Of a stretch of 64,000 nucleotides of DNA, positions 42,222-51,893 are shown in pieces; position 1 is the stretch's first letter, and every line of letters starts with the position of its first letter. Made by a program: the position numbers and the translations under genes. Source of the stretch: an uncultured Acidobacteriota bacterium (GTDB taxonomy: Bacteria > Acidobacteriota > Terriglobia > UBA7540); NCBI GenBank assembly GCA_963804995.1, contig CAWDSK010000003.1, positions 832,001 through 896,000 of the forward strand. Direction: 5' to 3'. Below the pieces are notes generated by a model, which saw only the letters and a program-made list of their open reading frames with translations, was not told the origin of the DNA and did no database searches.

Positions 42222-44441
42222 TCAAAAGGTCCCACTTTGTCCATGATGATCGTAAAGACCACCCAGCAGGGGAACAGCCGTTTGGTCTTCCACGTGTGCG
42301 GTCGGAACGCCGGCGCCGGTCAATACGACGGGCAGTGGGGGTAGTGCATCCCCTTCGTGGGAGCCATCCGAAAATTGCTTCATCCTCTCCTGAACGTTTC
42401 TCCAGTATTGGTATTCGGCATCCCATTGCCCCAGGGCGGAGTCCATACGGTAAGGCGTGTATTCAGCAAGCCACTCACGCCGGTATATGGATCGAAGGCC
42501 CGTGAGCGTGTCCATTAAATCAACTAAACGGGAATGGTCGGGATACGTGACTTGCGATCCCCATTCGTTCCACCACAATTCGTCATTGGGGCGGCGGGGT
42601 CCGAGGTGTTGCCACATTGCTACCAGTTCCGGCGCCGTCTGAAACTTTTGTCCAGCGTAGTCGAGAAGCTGGCTGCCGAACAAAAGGCTCTCCAGCGTAA
42701 CGGGATCGCCTCCCCGCGCCAACGCCTCCTCAAGATGCTCTTCGGCATCTTCGGCTTTGAGCCGCGTCGCGCGCAGGTCAGCGAGATGCTCCGTGGTTCG
42801 CTTGAGCATTGCCGGAGAAAAAGGGTTCGCCCACATGGCCAGCATACTTTCATCACCGAGCACCTTCTGGAGCTCGAATTCCGATTCCGTCAGGTCTTTC
42901 AGGGCGGCGGCCACTTCCGGCGCAACCGTTGGAGCGTACAGGAGCCGTGCGTAATCCGAGAAAAATGCCTCTCGATCCATGGGCGCTGACTGCCAAGCTG
43001 CCGCCGCGCCATAAGCCATGCCCGGCCACGCTGTGCGCAGTAGATTCTGCGCGTCATCGGTCCAGATGGTATTAATCAAACCCATCGTGCCTGCCTTGCG
43101 CCCGGAGGCCAGAAACGTATCGATGTTTTCGAAGCTCCGCGCATAATCGGGCATAACCTGGTTCCAGCAGGTCACCCCGGTAGCGATCATATTCGGGATA
43201 TGTCCGGCGGCAAGCGGTCCCAGCCAATGCTCGTAGTGCGACTCGGGACCCGGGTCATACTCCCAAGCCACCGCAATGAGTCCGGGAGGAAGTTGGGAGA
43301 CTATCGCCGGATACTTCACCATGATGTCACCCCAGGCCATCACGGTTTTCCCATGCTGCTTAAAGAGATTGTCCACGTTGCTCAGTTGCCGGACGAACAA
43401 CTCCGCAGGCTGTGCGGCGGTCCCATGTTCCTGGGCCGCGATTTCAATCTGAAAGGTTTCGTCAAATCCAATGTGGACGAAGGGGCTGGGGAAGAGCCGC
43501 ACGAGCTGACTGACCCAGTCGGTGAGAAGCGTCATCACCTTCGGATTGCGAGGGTCGAACTCGGTGCCGTGGGGCAAGTCAGAGAGGTCCGAGTATTTCT
43601 CGACCCGGAATAAATCGTGGAGGTGGCCGAAAAGCTCGAGGCAAGGGACCACGTCAATGTGCCGCTCGCGCCCGTAAGCAATGATCCTTCGGACCTCATC
43701 CTGCGTGAACCGGCCTTCGGGATTGATGAGACGAAATCCCTTCAACTCGATACTCGCCTCACTGTAAAAGTAATATTGGTTGGATTTCCAGCGCGCCAGA
43801 AAATCAAGCTGGCGCTCGACTTCCTTTTCCGTGGGCAGCGCGCCGTGGCTCATATCCATCATCACGCCGCGATAAACCAGCGACGGCCAGTCTTTAATCT
43901 CCACGACAGGCAGAACCCCCTGCGCGCCCTTCCCTTCCACCAACTGTTCCAGCGTCTGAACTGCATAATACAATCCGGCCGATGAGCGGGCGCTGGCCTT
44001 CGCGCCATCCGCGGTGACCTTCAACGAATAGGCCTCGCGTGAGTCCGGCCCGGGGTGCTCGCCAGGAACCGGCAGCGCGTCGATGCCTCCCGTGCGCTCA
44101 AGGACTATTCCGTGCTCGCACCCGCCCCCTTCCCTAACGGGGATGGAAACTTCCGCTCGCGCCGACAGGACATTCGAAAGATCTTTGGCCGCAAACCGGT
44201 CTTCAGAGGCAGGGGTCGAAGCAAGGCAAATGGTTAGGCCCCGTAATGCCAACTTGCCGGCTCCATAATGGATTTCCTGCGGGCGGGGCAATAAGGGATT
44301 GTGCTCCGCCGCGCACGTACCGGGAAGGATCAATATCAGCACGAACAACATTCCAACGATTTTTCGAAACAGCGCCAGTGCGCAGAAGCCCTGCGAATAT
44401 AGGCGCGATCTCTGACTTTGTTTAAACGCCGATGAGGCCAT
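42222..44441 (-). CDS. GH20 beta-N-acetylhexosaminidase
   Basis: LLPRPQ, EAYSLKV, DWPSLVYRGVMMD, HIDVVP...GH, catalytic HIGFDE; GGAGGA RBS. Confidence 0.9.
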   Translation of the reverse strand: MASSAFKQSQRSRLYSQGFCALALFRKIVGMLFVLILILPGTCAAEHNPLLPRPQEIHYGAGKLALRGLTICLASTPASEDRFAAKDLSNVLSARAEVSIPVREGGGCEHGIVLERTGGIDALPVPGEHPGPDSREAYSLKVTADGAKASARSSAGLYYAVQTLEQLVEGKGAQGVLPVVEIKDWPSLVYRGVMMDMSHGALPTEKEVERQLDFLARWKSNQYYFYSEASIELKGFRLINPEGRFTQDEVRRIIAYGRERHIDVVPCLELFGHLHDLFRVEKYSDLSDLPHGTEFDPRNPKVMTLLTDWVSQLVRLFPSPFVHIGFDETFQIEIAAQEHGTAAQPAELFVRQLSNVDNLFKQHGKTVMAWGDIMVKYPAIVSQLPPGLIAVAWEYDPGPESHYEHWLGPLAAGHIPNMIATGVTCWNQVMPDYARSFENIDTFLASGRKAGTMGLINTIWTDDAQNLLRTAWPGMAYGAAAAWQSAPMDREAFFSDYARLLYAPTVAPEVAAALKDLTESEFELQKVLGDESMLAMWANPFSPAMLKRTTEHLADLRATRLKAEDAEEHLEEALARGGDPVTLESLLFGSQLLDYAGQKFQTAPELVAMWQHLGPRRPNDELWWNEWGSQVTYPDHSRLVDLMDTLTGLRSIYRREWLAEYTPYRMDSALGQWDAEYQYWRNVQERMKQFSDGSHEGDALPPLPVVLTGAGVPTAHVEDQTAVPLLGGLYDHHGQSGTF

Positions 44442-44576
44442 GCTTCCTCCGATGCGACCTGGGGTGGGAAATTCGAACTCGGTTCTTTGTGTTGCCAGCG
44501 GATCAATTCGAGTCTGGCTCATCAAAAGCCTGGACGCTTTCCCCCAACGGTTTTGAGGCCTGCATAATACAACTAA

Positions 44577-44803
44577 CTAGTGTCCTGAGTCAGAAGTTCG
44601 CTGACAAAGTCTCACTGGCTTCAAAGGGGACCCCCTCACCCGTCCCGCCCCGGCTGATGAAAACGCCGGCGGCGGGCCACCCTCTCCCCCAAGGGGGCGA
44701 GGGCAGTAATTTCAAATGAACTCTCCCCTCGCCCCCTTGGGGGAGAGGGGCCGGGGGGAGGGGGTTTTCCAATAATCAGCGAACTTCTGACTCAGGACAC
44801 TAG
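44577..44803. mobile_element. 227-bp MITE with perfect 28-bp TIRs bounded by CTAG
   Basis: CTAGTGTCCTGAGTCAGAAGTTCGCTGA ... TCAGCGAACTTCTGACTCAGGACACTAG; internal CCCTCACCC/TCTCCCCC REP-like hairpins. Confidence 0.88.
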
Positions 44804-44838
44804 TGTTCGAGCTTACTAGATCCAGCGGACGCCCGCAG

Positions 44839-46071
44839 CTATCTAAACTCTCTCCAGGCTTCGATCATGGCTTCGACGCTCGACCAGGGCGTATCGGGAT
44901 CAAGCGAGCATACCGGCGCCAGTATAAATCCTGTGGGTCCCAATTGCTGGATGGCCTTCTCCACTGCCTGCCGAATCTCCTCCCGCGAGCCGCCATGCAA
45001 CGTCACGGCGTTGCTGATTCCTCCGGCCACGGCCAGGCGTCCTCGGAATTTATCTTTAACGTCTGCCAGACTGCCGCGCTCTTTCGTCGGGTCAACATAG
45101 AAGAGCAGATCAATATTTGCCGCCAGTAGTTGCTCGGCCATATGCAGCGCTCCTGTGGTCATGACATAGATGAAGAGGGCGCCCGCCTGGTGCGTCAAGT
45201 GGGACATGCGCTCGATGCCTGGCGTCAGGAAGCGCTGGAAGAGAGCTGGAGACCAGAAGTCCGTTGAGCTGTACCAACCATATTGCACAACCGCGTCCAC
45301 CCCGCCCACCTCCAACATCATCTCCGTCCGCCGCCGGTCAAAGTCGTAAATCAGGTCGACGAGTTCCTGGAAAAAGTCTGGCTCGGTCATGGCGGCCAGG
45401 ATCGCGCGCTCAACCCCACACAATTGCGTTATGGCGTCCATGCCGAAGGCGCTCCAACCCAGGACCAGCACGCCCAACTCTTGGGCGAATTGCCGGACCC
45501 TGGTCATCCTGGCGCGGTACTCGGCGAGTTGACTGGCACTGGGGTCCCGCAAAAGGTAGCGCAGCTTGGGAAGATCTTCGGGGCCTACCACCGCGTGCCG
45601 CACGCCGCGCGACACATTGAAGTCCTCAAACAACGCGACGTGGCCGGGCTGCACCACCCAGCCCGGAGCACGTTGTTCATCCGTCCGCCGAACCACGTGG
45701 CGCAGCGTTCCCGCTGGAGTGTCGTATTCGCGGCACAGCAGCCAATAGCGCTCCGAGGGCGTGGGCGGTTCCTGCCAATCGCGGATTCGCACATGCGGGT
45801 GGATTCCCCAAGGGGGCGCGACCTCCAGCACATCGTCTACGCCGAGGCTTGCCCAGCGGCGGACGCGCTCCACATCATGCTCAACGCTCCACGGCTCCGG
45901 CCACGTATGATCGTGCTCCTGGCGCATGGAGTACCAGTGCCGGACTTCCCGGCTGTTCTGCTGCCATCGTAAGTAAGGGGGAACCCCGACGCCAAAGCAC
46001 TGGCAGTAGAGAGGAATATGATCCGGCTTCTCATGCTTGATCGCGGCCAGTAAACGCTCGCGGGAATTCAT
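44839..46071 (-). CDS. Uroporphyrinogen-decarboxylase/cobalamin methyltransferase (URO-D-like) family protein
   Basis: MNSRERLLAAIKHEKPDHIP, YDTPAGTL, FWSPALFQRF, AVAGGIS, GFILAP...DTPWSSVEAM. Confidence 0.85.
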   Translation of the reverse strand: MNSRERLLAAIKHEKPDHIPLYCQCFGVGVPPYLRWQQNSREVRHWYSMRQEHDHTWPEPWSVEHDVERVRRWASLGVDDVLEVAPPWGIHPHVRIRDWQEPPTPSERYWLLCREYDTPAGTLRHVVRRTDEQRAPGWVVQPGHVALFEDFNVSRGVRHAVVGPEDLPKLRYLLRDPSASQLAEYRARMTRVRQFAQELGVLVLGWSAFGMDAITQLCGVERAILAAMTEPDFFQELVDLIYDFDRRRTEMMLEVGGVDAVVQYGWYSSTDFWSPALFQRFLTPGIERMSHLTHQAGALFIYVMTTGALHMAEQLLAANIDLLFYVDPTKERGSLADVKDKFRGRLAVAGGISNAVTLHGGSREEIRQAVEKAIQQLGPTGFILAPVCSLDPDTPWSSVEAMIEAWREFR

Positions 46072-46101
46072 GGGGTTTCGATCTCCAAGACTCCTGGCAA
46101 T

Positions 46102-46313
46102 CTAGTGTGGTGTCCCGGTTAATATTTGACAAGGCTGTCCGACCCCCTCACCCCCCAGCCCCTCTGTCGCCGCGGCGACCGAGGGGGGAGTTAATTTTCT
46201 TACCCTCGCCCCTTTGGGGGAGAGGGTGGACCGCCGCCGGCGTTTTCATCAGCCGGGGCGGGACGGGTGAGGGGGTCGCGAATAATCAACGAATTTCTGA
46301 CTCAGGACACTAG
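46102..46313. mobile_element. Related CTAG-bounded MITE with hybrid ends
   Basis: Right end CGAATTTCTGACTCAGGACACTAG matches the 44577 TIR; left end CTAGTGTGGTGTCCCGGTTAATATTTGAC matches 62778; core inverted relative to 44577. Confidence 0.82.
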
Positions 46314-46352
46314 TTTCTGAGTGACGATGCAACGTGCGGAGTTGCAAGCACC

Positions 46353-49028
46353 TCATGGCTCAAGGGTGGTTTTGGGTACGTTCCATCCCTCCACTTCAAT
46401 CACGGGCGCGGCTCCCTCTAAATCCTGCCTCCGATAACTGGCACTGACCTCCCGCTTCTCCCCCGGCATCAAGGAAAGATAGTTGTCCTCCCACAAAATG
46501 AGCGCCACTTCTTCCCCTTGCGGCCCCTTCTTGATTCCCACGTGCACAAAAAACGCCAGGTGGTTCGTGGGATTCTCAATCGTGACGGTGGTGCGGTCTT
46601 CATCTCCCTGCTGCTCCGTGCGGCTTTCCGCTTTTAACGGCACAGCGGGCAATCCCTGAAGACCGCTCAGATCCCCGAAGGAGAGGGTGGGTGTGTACCA
46701 ATAAAAGTGCTCGTTTGCCCATTCCACCACATCCGGCTTGGTAGAGAGCCAATAAAAGTTGGTGCTCGCTAAGTGGCCGTCCGCGTCCTCGAGCCTGAGC
46801 CTGACGAAGTAGGCGGTAGAGAGACCTGCCAGTTCTGGAATGGTCACCACCTTGGTGGAGCTGTCAGCGGGAACGTCCACCGTAGTTTCGCGAGAGAATT
46901 GCGGCGTCAAATCCAGATTGTAGACTTCCGCCCTCGCCTTCAGGTTTTGGAACCCGTGGTAGGCCGAGTTCACCACCACGATGGACCGATCGTCATAAGA
47001 GTATTGGATATGCAAAGGCTCGCAGGCCTTCTTGGTGCCGAAGTAGCCTCCCCCGGGGTAGAGATAATAGTCGTAAAGGTGAAACATCACGGAAGGCCAG
47101 GCGTTGTTCAGCATTTGCCGCAAAATTCCCGTGGAGGTGTATTTGTTCCGCGCATAGGCCTCGTACATGGCGCGCTCACCTTCGTAGGCAATGACTTGAC
47201 CCTTCATGACGAAGTCTTCGAGACCCTTGGCCTGTCCGTAACGCGCATCCATGGCCCGTGTAAAGAGTGAGAGGTTGAGGTACGGCTCGCCCGCGATGTG
47301 CAGGTTCCAGTAATCGTTGAGGGGCCACACGTGATCTTCCGGCAAGAACTTGCGAAGGCTTTGGACGGGCGGGATCGTGGGGCCGGGGCTCGTCTCCGTG
47401 TTGAAGCCGAATGCCCCGCCGCGATGCTTGTCCATCAGCCAGTACGACGGCGGAATGTAGCCGTAGGGCCCGCGCATCTTGACTCCCGTCGGACCCGTCA
47501 GAGAGGTGGCAGTTTCGGTGGCCGAGGAAAGGTAGGGGTTCGGCCAGTTCTCCTCTTTGAGCACTTTGATGTATTGCCCTTCCACCGTGGCGGAAGGCGG
47601 CTTGTTGTCGGCATTCAGCCAAGCCAGAAGACAAGGATGGTTCCGGAAGCGGCGAATCTGGTCGCGCAGGGACTCCGGCCCCACGGTGTATTCCTCGCCC
47701 TTCCACTCTTTCCACCTTTCCCAGTGGTCACAACAGCACCACCCTGGCAGCAGCAAAATGCCGGCACGGTCACACAGATTCAAAAAGTTTTCGTCCTCCA
47801 GCTTTCCATCCATGCGAATGGCATTCAGATGCATGTCTTTGACATAGCGGATTTCCGCCTCCTGCCTCGCTGCGGAGGGCCGCAAGAGCATGTCAGACCA
47901 CCACCCGGCGCCGCGAATCAGCAACTTCTGCCCGTTGACTCGGAATAGCCGATAACCCTTGTCCGTCAGTTCCGAGCTGACTTCGCGAATGCCAAACGGC
48001 ACGGCTTGCCGGTCTGACACCTGGCCCTTGAGTTCGCAGGTGAGTTGGAGGTCATAGAGATTTTGCTCGCCCATCTGCCAGGGCCACCAGATACGCGGAC
48101 GGGATAGGTTGAGCCGGGGGAACCGTTCGGGGGTGAACGTCACCACGCTTGACTCCCGAGGGCCGAGGGCGAAGGGTTGCGTGAATTCCGCATCCGCGAT
48201 TTGGCCCCTCAAGACTCCCTGGACCGCCCCCCCACTGGTGTTCCTCAACTCCGCCGTCACCGTCAGATGAGCCGTCTCCAAAGAAGGTAAATCCAGGTGC
48301 GTGACCACTTGCGGGTGACGAAGGGCAACCGGCCCGCTGGTGGTGATGTAGACCTCGTGCCAGATGCCCATGTTCTTGTCAGGAGGGCCCGGGTTCACGT
48401 TCACCCAATTGATCGACAGGTTGTCCGGCTGCGGCGGGAAAATTTCGACAGCCAGAACGTTCGCTGCTCCAACCTTTGCGCCCTCCGTGATGTTGAATTC
48501 AAAAACGCGATAGGCGCCCGCCACCTTTTTGGAATCCGCGATCTGGCGGCCGTTGAGCCAGATGTTGGCCCGATAATTGATGCCCTCGAAGTCCAGCCAA
48601 ATCTGCTTCCCTTGAGCAGCGGTGGGAATCTGGAACTCCGTGCGATACCACCAGGGGACGCGATAGGGGCTGTCGGGCGGCATGAGGTGGTTTGAAAAGT
48701 TCTCCGTGATGCTGCTTCCCACGGGATAGTCGGTTCCCGGGAGGAGCCGCATGTTCAGGCCGAAATAGGGATCGGGAACGACCCGGTTGTCAACAAGGGC
48801 AGCGAGTACCGTGGAGGGTATGGAGGTAGGGTACCAACCCTGGGGCGTGAATCCTGATGCGGAAATGATTTCCGGTTTCTCCTGGACTTTCGCCGACGAT
48901 TGAATCATCCATCCGGCCTTGAGGTATTGTCTCGAACTGGGTTCGTTCTCACTCTGCGCTTTGGCCAACCCACCCAGCACCGCCAACATCACCCATGCGG
49001 TCGCAAGTAAGCGATATGACTTCGTCAT
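46353..49028 (-). CDS. GH2 exo-beta-D-glucosaminidase (CsxA-like)
   Basis: Signal peptide; WWYRTEF, PPDKNMGIW, LIRGAGWWSDMLLR, GWCCCDHWE, GVKMRGPY, GFNTETSPG, MLNNAWPS. Confidence 0.88.
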   Translation of the reverse strand: MTKSYRLLATAWVMLAVLGGLAKAQSENEPSSRQYLKAGWMIQSSAKVQEKPEIISASGFTPQGWYPTSIPSTVLAALVDNRVVPDPYFGLNMRLLPGTDYPVGSSITENFSNHLMPPDSPYRVPWWYRTEFQIPTAAQGKQIWLDFEGINYRANIWLNGRQIADSKKVAGAYRVFEFNITEGAKVGAANVLAVEIFPPQPDNLSINWVNVNPGPPDKNMGIWHEVYITTSGPVALRHPQVVTHLDLPSLETAHLTVTAELRNTSGGAVQGVLRGQIADAEFTQPFALGPRESSVVTFTPERFPRLNLSRPRIWWPWQMGEQNLYDLQLTCELKGQVSDRQAVPFGIREVSSELTDKGYRLFRVNGQKLLIRGAGWWSDMLLRPSAARQEAEIRYVKDMHLNAIRMDGKLEDENFLNLCDRAGILLLPGWCCCDHWERWKEWKGEEYTVGPESLRDQIRRFRNHPCLLAWLNADNKPPSATVEGQYIKVLKEENWPNPYLSSATETATSLTGPTGVKMRGPYGYIPPSYWLMDKHRGGAFGFNTETSPGPTIPPVQSLRKFLPEDHVWPLNDYWNLHIAGEPYLNLSLFTRAMDARYGQAKGLEDFVMKGQVIAYEGERAMYEAYARNKYTSTGILRQMLNNAWPSVMFHLYDYYLYPGGGYFGTKKACEPLHIQYSYDDRSIVVVNSAYHGFQNLKARAEVYNLDLTPQFSRETTVDVPADSSTKVVTIPELAGLSTAYFVRLRLEDADGHLASTNFYWLSTKPDVVEWANEHFYWYTPTLSFGDLSGLQGLPAVPLKAESRTEQQGDEDRTTVTIENPTNHLAFFVHVGIKKGPQGEEVALILWEDNYLSLMPGEKREVSASYRRQDLEGAAPVIEVEGWNVPKTTLEP

Positions 49029-49197
49029 GAGTCCCCCATACTTCACCTGGAATCTTCTTCTTCAACGCTATTTTCAACATTGAGTAATCTCTTCGCCGGG
49101 TCTTATACACCCGTCCCGTGTCAACTAAAAGCGTATTTTGGTGGTGGTGTCATTTGGGAGGTGGAGGATCGGCTGAAACTTGTTGTCGAGGGGCGGT

Positions 49198-50404
49198 TCA
49201 GGCTGCGGGGGCGGCTGACAAGACCCTCACGGTCTCTCGCGCCACCATCAATTCTTCATTCGTGAAAACCACGAGAAGGGTTACGGGCGAGCCGGCTGTG
49301 GAAATGATGCGGTCCCCACGCGCGGGCAACCGGTTAGTTTCCTGGTCCAAGTTGATCCCCAGGAATTCCATTCCAGAACAAACCTGCTCGCGCGTGCGCC
49401 AGGAGTTTTCTCCGATGCCGCCTGCAAAGGCTACGGCGTCAAGCCCGCCCATGGCGGCCGCGTACGCTCCGAGATGCTTTTTTATTTGATAGATGTATAC
49501 GGCAAGCGCCGTCGCGGCGCGCGTGTGCCCTTCGGCAGCGGCTTGCTCAAGATCCCGCAGGTCGTTGCTGAGGCCGGAGATTCCCGCCAGGCCGCCCTGC
49601 TTACAGAGCAGGCACCCCATTTCAGCCGGACCCAGCTTCTCCTGATCCATGACCCGCAACACCACAAACGCGTCCAGGTCTCCCGCCCGTGAGGATTGCT
49701 CCAGTCCCGACTGCGGTGAAAATCCATGGCTGATATCCACGGACTTGCCGTTGTGGATGGCGCAGATTGACGAACTTCCGCCCAAATGGCAGGAGATGAG
49801 GCGCAAGCCCTCGGCCGAGCGGTTGAGAAGTTGCGGCACGCGCTGCGCAATATAGCGGTGCGATGAGCCATGAAAGCCGTAGCGCCGCACACCATATTTT
49901 TCACGCCATTCGTGAGGCACGCCGTAAAACGAAGCCCGGTCCGGAAGGGTTGAGTGAAACCCCGTTTCAAATACCGCCACCATGGGCACGCCGGGGAGAA
50001 GTTCGCGGAAGATCTGCATCGCCTGAATGTAAATAGGATTATGGACCGGCGCCACGGGAACAAAATCCTGCATGGCGGTAAGCAGCTTGTCGTTGACAAG
50101 GAAACTGCCGCAATAGTGCGGGCCGCCGTGCACAGCCTTGAATCCCACGGCGGCAATCCCTTGATTCGAGGCGCCCCCGCACGCCCGCGAGACGATCGAC
50201 CAGAATCTTGATGGCGGCCCGGTGATCGGGAATCTGGGCCGTGCTCCGTGATTCCTCCGTCATACCGCTCTGCCAAGTGATGACCTGCGATTCGGTGCCG
50301 CCGATGCGGTCGATCTTGCCGCGCGCCAGGACGGTTTCATTGTCAGTTTCAATGAGCTGATACTTCAGCGAGGTCGAGCCGAGATTGGGAACCAGAATTC
50401 GCAT
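49198..50404 (-). CDS. ackA: Acetate/propionate kinase, apparent +1 frameshift at about 50160-50190
   Basis: MRILVPNLGSTSLKY, GFKAVHGG, APVHNP, RRYGFHGSSH, CHLGGSSS, FAGGIGENS, TNEELMVARE. Confidence 0.88.
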
Positions 50405-50434
50405 GACGACTCTCCTTGCCTTATGAAAGCCCGT

Positions 50435-50521
50435 GTAGCGCGGACCTGTCTTGTAGGTCCGCGGCTCGTTCCGTAGGGGGGCGAGGAAAAGCCGCGGACC
50501 TACAAGACAGGTCCGCGCTAC
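50435..50521. repeat. REP-type doublet with perfect 32-bp inverted arms
   Basis: GTAGCGCGGACCTGTCTTGTAGGTCCGCGGCT and its exact reverse complement; GTAG end. Confidence 0.85.
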
Positions 50522-50611
50522 GCTTCTCGCTGGCCACGTGGTCACCGTAGCGGCAAGTTTACCTCGCCATGTGGCGGCGTCCCGATTAGACCGGGATGAA
50601 TTCCGTCGCCT

Positions 50612-51532
50612 CTACGAAGGCTGCCGCTGGTGATGCATGGCGAGAAGGGCCAGGCAGATGGAATGAATCTTCGTCTCCGGCGGTTCGGCCCGGGATAGCA
50701 AGACCAGCGGCACGCGAGCGCCCATGATGATGCCACCGGACTGGCCTCCCGCGAAATAGGTTATGGCGCGATAGAGAATGTTTGCTGCTTCGATATTAGG
50801 CGCAATGAAAACATCCGTGGCCTCCACGACGGGGCTTTGGATGGATTTCCGTTCGGCGGCGAATCGGCTGAGCGGCACATCCAGCGCCAAGGGGCCTTCG
50901 AGGTAAGCGCCCGAAATTTGTCCACGCCGATTCATTTGCACCAGCGCCGCCGCATCCACGGTGGCAGGCATGGCGGCGTTAACGAATTCCAGCGCGGTGA
51001 GCAGCACCACCTTCGGGTTCGCTGATGCCGAGGGCGTGCGCGACATCGATGGCGTTGCGGCAGATGTCGGCCTTCTGCTCCAGCGTGGGGGCAATGTTGA
51101 TCGCGGCGTCGGTCATGACCATCAGCCGCGGTATCCCCGGCGCCTGGAACACAATCACCTGGCTCAACAGTTTCCCGGTTCGCAGGCCGTGTTCCTTATC
51201 GAGAACCCCGCGAATCAGGTGGGCCGTGGTTACTTTTCCCTTCATCACCAGATCCGCTTTGCCTTCTCTCACCAGACCCATCGATTGCTGAATCGAGGCT
51301 TCCTCACTCGGGCGTGGAAAGGAGCATCTCCGGGCGCAGTTTATAGCCGACTTTATTCGCCGCCACTTCAATTTTGGCCGGATTGCCAACCAATATCGCC
51401 TCTGCCAGCCCCAGCGGTTCTGCCTGCGCCAGGCTCTCCAGCACGTCAGGGTCATGCGCCTCGACGACGGCAATCCGCGCGGGTCCGTATTGTTCGAGCC
51501 TGCTCAATCAGTTCGTGGAAGTTTTGAATCAT
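50612..51532 (-). CDS. ptb: Phosphate butyryl/acetyltransferase, three apparent +1 frameshifts (about 51493, 51312, 51023)
   Basis: Fragments MIQNFHELIEQA / RIAVVEAHD...ILVG / DLVMKG...TDAAINIAP / NPKV...EGPLALD...GARVPLVLLSRA concatenate to about 305 aa. Confidence 0.8.
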
Positions 51533-51661
51533 TGGGCCATCCTCGCCGAGGCACACAACCCCTGCACATTCACCTCGCACTGCAGAATTGCCAAGTGGAG
51601 AGTTGCTTCTCAGACGCTGTCATCTGACGGCGCCATAACCTGGATTTCGCACTACGGGTTT

Positions 51662-51852
51662 GGAAGGGCGGGGCTTTACAGGTTGCGGAAAAACTCCTCA
51701 CCCCGTCATCCTGAGGAGGCGAAGCCGGTCCTGAGCATAGCGAAGGAAGGACCTCTGTATTTGCCTGAATGTTCAAATACGGGGGTCCTTCGCTTCGCTC
51801 AGGATGACACCATGGGGGCGTTATTCCGTAACCGCTGAAGCCCCGCCCTTCC
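51662..51852. mobile_element. Three-layer nested inverted-repeat element
   Basis: Outer GGAAGGGCGGGGCTT/AAGCCCCGCCCTTCC; middle GGTTGCGGAAAAAC/GTTATTCCGTAACC; inner GTCATCCTGAG/CTCAGGATGAC. Confidence 0.75.
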
Positions 51853-51893
51853 GGCAGCCCCCACGACTCTTTAAGCATTTTGAGAAACCCGGG

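Noticed and set aside
44590..51878. Short ORFs over repeats (44590-44772, 46107-46313, 51570-51878; likewise 62778-63050)
   Set aside because: They are translations of MITE/REP DNA.
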